Assembly (NCBI GenBank): GCA_963668645.2
Contig: CAXXWC010000021.1
Location: 1,472,001 to 1,536,000 of the forward strand
DNA from: Desulfobacterales bacterium
GTDB taxonomy: Bacteria > Desulfobacterota > Desulfobacteria > Desulfobacterales > UBA2174
Direction: 5' to 3'
DNA length: 64,000 nucleotides
The notes under the pieces are model-generated. The model ran no database searches. It saw only the letters and a list, made by a program, of their open reading frames with translations, and was not told the origin of the DNA. Positions 59,587 to 64,000 of the stretch are shown here, one piece after another (within the stretch, counting starts at the first letter, position 1; each line of letters opens with the position of its first letter). The position numbers and the translations under genes were made by a program.

Positions 59587-61329
59587 ATGGACAAGATTCT
59601 GCGCATCGACATGGGAGCCGATGGCGGTCCGGCCATTCGCACCGAGCCCCTGGGGGATTACGCCGGTTTGGGAGGCCGGGCCATGACTTCGGCCATCGTG
59701 GCCAAAGAGGTACCCCCCACCTGCCATCCACTGGGTGAGCAAAACAAACTGATCATCGCCCCGGGCCTGCTCAGCGGTTCGGCCGCAGCCCAATCCGGTC
59801 GCATTTCAGTGGGATGTAAAAGCCCGCTGACCGGCGGGATCAAGGAGGCCAACTCCGGCGGCCAGGGGGCCCAGGTGCTGGCCCGTCTTGGCTACGCGGC
59901 CATCGTCCTGGAGGGCAAGCCGGCCGACGATACCCTCTACAAGGTCTTTATCAATGCGGAAAGTGTCCGCATCGAGGCCGACAACAGTCTCAAGATGCTC
60001 GGCAACTACGCCCTGGTGGACAAGATGAAGGCCGCCTACGGGGATAAAATCACCTGCATCTCCATCGGCCCGGCCGGCGAAATGAAAATGGGCGCCGCCA
60101 CGGTGGCTTTTACCGACATGGAGCTGCGCCCCACCCGGCATGCCGGCCGCGGCGGTGTCGGGGCAGTGATGGGGGCCAAAGGGGTCAAGGCCATCGTCCT
60201 GGACGATACCGGGTGCAAAATGCGCGCTCCTGCCGATGCGGAAAAATTCAAGGCTGCCAACAAGGAATTCGTCGCCGGCCTGAACAAGCACCCTGTTTGC
60301 GGCCAGGGCCTGCCTGCTTACGGCACCAACGTCCTTACCGGAGTGCTCAATGAAGCCGGGGCTTACCCGACCAACAATTTTTCCACCGGTCGTTTCGAAG
60401 GCTTCGACAAGATCAGCGGCGAGGCCCTGGCTGAACTGGAAAAAAGCCGGGGCGGTGAAAATGCACCGACCCATGGCTGCCACCGGGGCTGCGTGATGAA
60501 GTGTTCCGGGACCTTCTACGACAAGAACGGCAACTTTCTGACCAAGCAGCCCGAGTACGAAACGGTATGGGCCCATGGAGGCAACTGCGGCATCAATGAC
60601 CTGGACGTCATCGCCCAGATAGACCGCATAGATGACGATTTTGGACTGGACACCATCGAAATGGGCGCCACCATCGCGGTGGCCATGGAAGCCGGACTGG
60701 CCAACTTCGGCGATGCCGAGGCAGCCACCCGTATGGTCAAGGAAGTGGGTCAGGGCACCCCTCTGGGCCGTATCCTGGGCGCCGGCGCTGCGGTAACCGG
60801 CCAGGTGTTCGGGGTCGAGCGGGTCCCGGTGGTCAAGGGCCAGGCCATGCCGGCCTACGATCCGCGTGCGGTTCAGGGGGTCGCCGTAACCTACGCGACC
60901 AGCCCAATGGGGGCAGACCATACCGCCGGATACGCCGTGACGGCCAACATCCTGGGTGTCGGCGGCAGTGTCGATCCCCTCAAGCCCGACGGCCAGGTGG
61001 AATTGTCGCGCAATCTGCAAATCGCCACGGCGGCCATCGATGCTACTGGCATGTGCGTGTTCATCGCCTTTGCCATCCTGGACCAGCCCGAAACATTCCA
61101 GGCCATGCTCGATCTGATTTCCGGCTTCACCGGGCAGCCCTTGACTGCAGACGACGTCACCGCACTGGGAAAGCAGATCCTGACCTGGGAGCGCGATTTC
61201 AACCGGGCCGCCGGGTTCACCGCAGCCCACGACCGGCTTCCAGGCTACTTCCTGCGCCAGCCGCTGGCGCCCCATAACGTGGTCTTCGCCGTTTCGGACG
61301 AGGAACTCGATCAGGTCTTCAACTGGTAG
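59587..61329 (+). CDS. aor: Aldehyde:ferredoxin oxidoreductase (W/Mo-pterin, 4Fe-4S)
   Basis: KSPLTGGIKEANSGG, AGRGGVGAVMGAK, GCHRGCVMKC, EYET, LDTI, PAYDPR; AAGGAGG RBS. Confidence 0.93.
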   Translation: MDKILRIDMGADGGPAIRTEPLGDYAGLGGRAMTSAIVAKEVPPTCHPLGEQNKLIIAPGLLSGSAAAQSGRISVGCKSPLTGGIKEANSGGQGAQVLARLGYAAIVLEGKPADDTLYKVFINAESVRIEADNSLKMLGNYALVDKMKAAYGDKITCISIGPAGEMKMGAATVAFTDMELRPTRHAGRGGVGAVMGAKGVKAIVLDDTGCKMRAPADAEKFKAANKEFVAGLNKHPVCGQGLPAYGTNVLTGVLNEAGAYPTNNFSTGRFEGFDKISGEALAELEKSRGGENAPTHGCHRGCVMKCSGTFYDKNGNFLTKQPEYETVWAHGGNCGINDLDVIAQIDRIDDDFGLDTIEMGATIAVAMEAGLANFGDAEAATRMVKEVGQGTPLGRILGAGAAVTGQVFGVERVPVVKGQAMPAYDPRAVQGVAVTYATSPMGADHTAGYAVTANILGVGGSVDPLKPDGQVELSRNLQIATAAIDATGMCVFIAFAILDQPETFQAMLDLISGFTGQPLTADDVTALGKQILTWERDFNRAAGFTAAHDRLPGYFLRQPLAPHNVVFAVSDEELDQVFNW

Positions 61330-61350
61330 TTTACGGTTCAACATCCGCTT

Positions 61351-61387
61351 CAACGGGGAATCGCGGCGGCGGTTCCCCGTTGGTTTT
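61351..61387 (+). terminator. Rho-independent terminator after aor
   Basis: CAACGGGGAATCGC-GGCG-GCGGTTCCCCGTTG stem followed by GTTTT. Confidence 0.65.
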
Positions 61388-61404
61388 ATCCTTGGGATCA
61401 TTCC

Positions 61405-62022
61405 ATGACCTGCAATCCAAAATGCCGCCTGCAAAGAGTCGAGCTGACGGTTTCAAAGACCGATCTCTGGCTTTTTTCCGCCCTGCTGCGCCGCGGATTC
61501 CACCTTCGCACACCTCTTCCGTGCAGTCTCGAAGCTCTGCTTTGCATACAGCTCGAGATCCCCCGTGATTACGTCACCCAGCGGGTGCAGACCATTTTTC
61601 TCAATGGCCGGGCGGTGGATACGATCTGCTCCGCACTGGTTGCCGACGGCGCTGTGGTGACCCTTTCGGCAGCCATGCCCGGCCTTGTTGGAGCCACATT
61701 GCGACGGGGCGGCAGGCTGACTTCTTTGCGCAGCAGCATCTCGCACCGAAGCGATGGTTCAAGCGGCCAGGAAACCGCCATAGGCAAAGTAACGGTAAAA
61801 TTCTTCAACCTGATCTGCGATGAGCTGGGGCCGTCGTTTCTCGCTCGCGGGATCTGCCTGGCGCCCGGAGCTTTCAGTGACTTTTTGGCCGACCGCTGGG
61901 CTGAAATCGCTCCGGCCTGCCGGTCCGTTCGGGTCGATGGCAGCCTTTGGCGGTCCGATTCCCTGCCCGAGGCGATAGACCCCGGAGAGCCGATCAATCT
62001 TAGCGTCTGCACGTTCGAATAA
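61405..62022 (+). CDS. Hypothetical protein with a beta-grasp (MoaD/ThiS-like) core
   Basis: RVQTIFLNGRAVD...ADGAVVTLSAAMPGLVGA; directly downstream of aor. Confidence 0.6.
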   Translation: MTCNPKCRLQRVELTVSKTDLWLFSALLRRGFHLRTPLPCSLEALLCIQLEIPRDYVTQRVQTIFLNGRAVDTICSALVADGAVVTLSAAMPGLVGATLRRGGRLTSLRSSISHRSDGSSGQETAIGKVTVKFFNLICDELGPSFLARGICLAPGAFSDFLADRWAEIAPACRSVRVDGSLWRSDSLPEAIDPGEPINLSVCTFE

Positions 62023-62185
62023 TCCCGCCGGGCTGTCTTTAGCCTTTACACCGATTCAACTAATACCCCCTTCGCCTTGACCCCTTCTTGACATAACGCT
62101 ATAGACAACCGACGCCGTTTCACCGTCTCGATTCGACGCCACCGCCACCCATTATCCACCTTAAAAGCCGAAACAATGGGAGTTT

Positions 62186-63130
62186 ATGCATCCTACCGCC
62201 GGCCTCTCCATCCAACCCGACCGAATGTTGTGGGCCGCGACCCGAGCTGAATTAGAGGCCGACCTTCATAAAAAGCACCCAAGGGGTAACCGGAAGCGTC
62301 GCCAACCATTTTTCGAGGCGTTGGTCGAGTTGTGCGGTTTTTTCTTGCGGTGCACCATCATCAAAAGCACCTCGAAATGTATTGCCAAACGCATCGCCCT
62401 CAACCGGGTCGACTTCTCATTCGACGATCTGCCACCGGCCTTCGATGGATTTCGCATCCTGCATCTGTCGGACCTGCATATCGATGTCACCACGGGAATC
62501 GAACAACACATCGCGCAAATCGTTCGGCCCATCGAAGCGGACCTGTGCGTTCTGACCGGAGACTACGGACGCCGGATCAACGGTCGATTCCGCCACCTCT
62601 TGGATCCTTTACACACGGTGGTATCTGCCGTTCGCGCACGTCATGGGATTCTGGGCACACTGGGCAACCACGATTCATACCGGATGGTGCCGCACCTGGA
62701 ATCCATGGGTGTGCGTATGCTGCTCAACGAAACCTGCAACATTTCCCAAAATGGCAACCGCATAAGGATCACGGGACTCGATGATCCTTGTTATTACTAC
62801 ACCGAGCAGGCTCCCGCAGCCCTGGCGCAATCCCCCACAGGATTCAAGATCGCTCTGGTGCACGACCCCTCGATGTTGGACATTGCCGCCGAAAACGGCT
62901 ACCGTCTTTACCTGTGCGGCCACACCCACGGAGGCCAGATCTGCCTGCCCGGCGGGATACCGCTCATGCCCCACCTGCGCCATGATAGGCGCACCTGCCG
63001 AGGGGTTTGGCGCTGCGGTGCGATGATCGGTTACACCTCCCAGGGAACCGGAACGGGCACCATCCCTTTGCGTTTAAACAGTGTCAGCGAAATCACGCTG
63101 ATTCGACTCATGGGCAAAACCGGTTCCTGA
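62186..63130 (+). CDS. Calcineurin-like metallophosphoesterase (YkuE-like)
   Basis: HLSDLH, LTGD, LGNHD, LVHDP, GHTHGGQ. Confidence 0.9.
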   Translation: MHPTAGLSIQPDRMLWAATRAELEADLHKKHPRGNRKRRQPFFEALVELCGFFLRCTIIKSTSKCIAKRIALNRVDFSFDDLPPAFDGFRILHLSDLHIDVTTGIEQHIAQIVRPIEADLCVLTGDYGRRINGRFRHLLDPLHTVVSAVRARHGILGTLGNHDSYRMVPHLESMGVRMLLNETCNISQNGNRIRITGLDDPCYYYTEQAPAALAQSPTGFKIALVHDPSMLDIAAENGYRLYLCGHTHGGQICLPGGIPLMPHLRHDRRTCRGVWRCGAMIGYTSQGTGTGTIPLRLNSVSEITLIRLMGKTGS

Positions 63131-63169
63131 CCGGACAAGGTTCGATTACCTCGAAACAGGGGAGAAGCC

Positions 63170-64000
63170 ATGCCAATGGATTATGACGTGATCGTGGTCG
63201 GCTCGGGTTTCGGCGGCAGCGTGTCGGCCCTGCGCCTGGCAGAAAAAGGATATCGTGTGGCGGTGCTCGAAAAGGGCCGCCGGTACGGCACCGAGGATTT
63301 CCCATCCACCAATTGGCATCTTAAAAAGAGCATCTGGCTGCCTCAGCTCGGCCTTTACGGAATCCAGATGCTCACATTCCTGCGACACGTGACGGTATTG
63401 CACGGCGGCGGTGTGGGCGGCGGCAGCCTGGTCTACGCCAACCAGCTTCTGGTTCCGCCGGACACGGTATTCGATCAACCCCGCTGGGGACGGGCCGGAG
63501 GCTGGAAAGCGCGTTTGGCACCCTACTACGCCCGGGCGCAACAAATGCTCGGGGCCACTCCGAGCCCTACCGTGGGACGCGCCGACCGGATCCTGCGCGA
63601 AGTGGGCATCGAGTTGCGTGGCCGGGACACCTTCCACCAAAACGACGTAGGCATCTTTTTCGGCGAGCCCGACCGCACCGTTCCCGACCCCTACTTCGGC
63701 GGCGAAGGACCGCCGCGCACCGGCTGCACCTTCTGCGGTGCCTGCATGATCGGTTGCCCGGTAGGGGCAAAGAACACATTGGACAAAAACTACCTCTATC
63801 TGGCCGAACACCGCCACGGGGTGCGCATCATTGCCGAAACCGAGGTGACCGGAGTTCGTCCGGCAGCAGATGGCTACGAGATTTTCACGCGCCGGTCCCT
63901 GCGTCCCTTTCGCCCTGGAAGAACCTATCGGGCACCCAAGGTGGTGTTCAGCGGCGGGGTGATGGGTACGGTGAAGCTGCTGCTCCAATGCCGCCGCAAC
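63170..64000 (+). CDS. GMC oxidoreductase, cholesterol oxidase ChoD-like, 3'-truncated by window edge (absent from ORF track)
   Basis: MPMDYDVIVVGSGFGGSVSALRLAEKGYRVAVLEKG, GVGGGSLVYAN, CTFCGACMIGCPVGAKNTLDKNYL; GGGGAG RBS. Confidence 0.88.
   Translation, partial: MPMDYDVIVVGSGFGGSVSALRLAEKGYRVAVLEKGRRYGTEDFPSTNWHLKKSIWLPQLGLYGIQMLTFLRHVTVLHGGGVGGGSLVYANQLLVPPDTVFDQPRWGRAGGWKARLAPYYARAQQMLGATPSPTVGRADRILREVGIELRGRDTFHQNDVGIFFGEPDRTVPDPYFGGEGPPRTGCTFCGACMIGCPVGAKNTLDKNYLYLAEHRHGVRIIAETEVTGVRPAADGYEIFTRRSLRPFRPGRTYRAPKVVFSGGVMGTVKLLLQCRRN

Noticed and set aside
63146..63988. 280-aa minus-strand ORF
   Set aside because: Antisense to the clearly recognisable GMC oxidoreductase on the plus strand.

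Overview
Bacterial DNA that looks like an anaerobic Desulfobacterota-type organism (inferred from AOR, FadD/ACAD, TRAP and multiheme cytochrome content, not from marker genes). I see no rRNA, tRNA or CRISPR array. The standout is an ~11 kb minus-strand gene run (13973->3141): kaiB - kaiC (KaiC3-like, intact Ser/Thr phosphosites) - PAS-GGDEF diguanylate cyclase - 2004-aa cytoplasmic poly-HAMP hybrid histidine kinase - CheR without CheB - a canonical receiver fused to a KaiA3-like C-terminal domain. This looks like a complete KaiABC-type oscillator wired to a phosphorelay, methylation and c-di-GMP module in a non-phototroph. The centre of the window is rich in IS elements: a defective IS1634, two DUF4338-ISAs1 copies with 10-bp TSDs and a nested IS3. 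These lie among lipid/fatty-acid metabolism genes. Next come rpe-recX, a decayed toxin-antitoxin/AlbA patch and an AT-rich Wzm/Wzt surface-glycan locus with an unusual NeuA + Gfo/Idh/MocA + Ldh_2 + GH57-like core. The window ends with NRDE, aldehyde:ferredoxin oxidoreductase, a metallophosphoesterase and a truncated cholesterol-oxidase-like GMC gene. All calls come from motif recognition by eye; no database searches were run.
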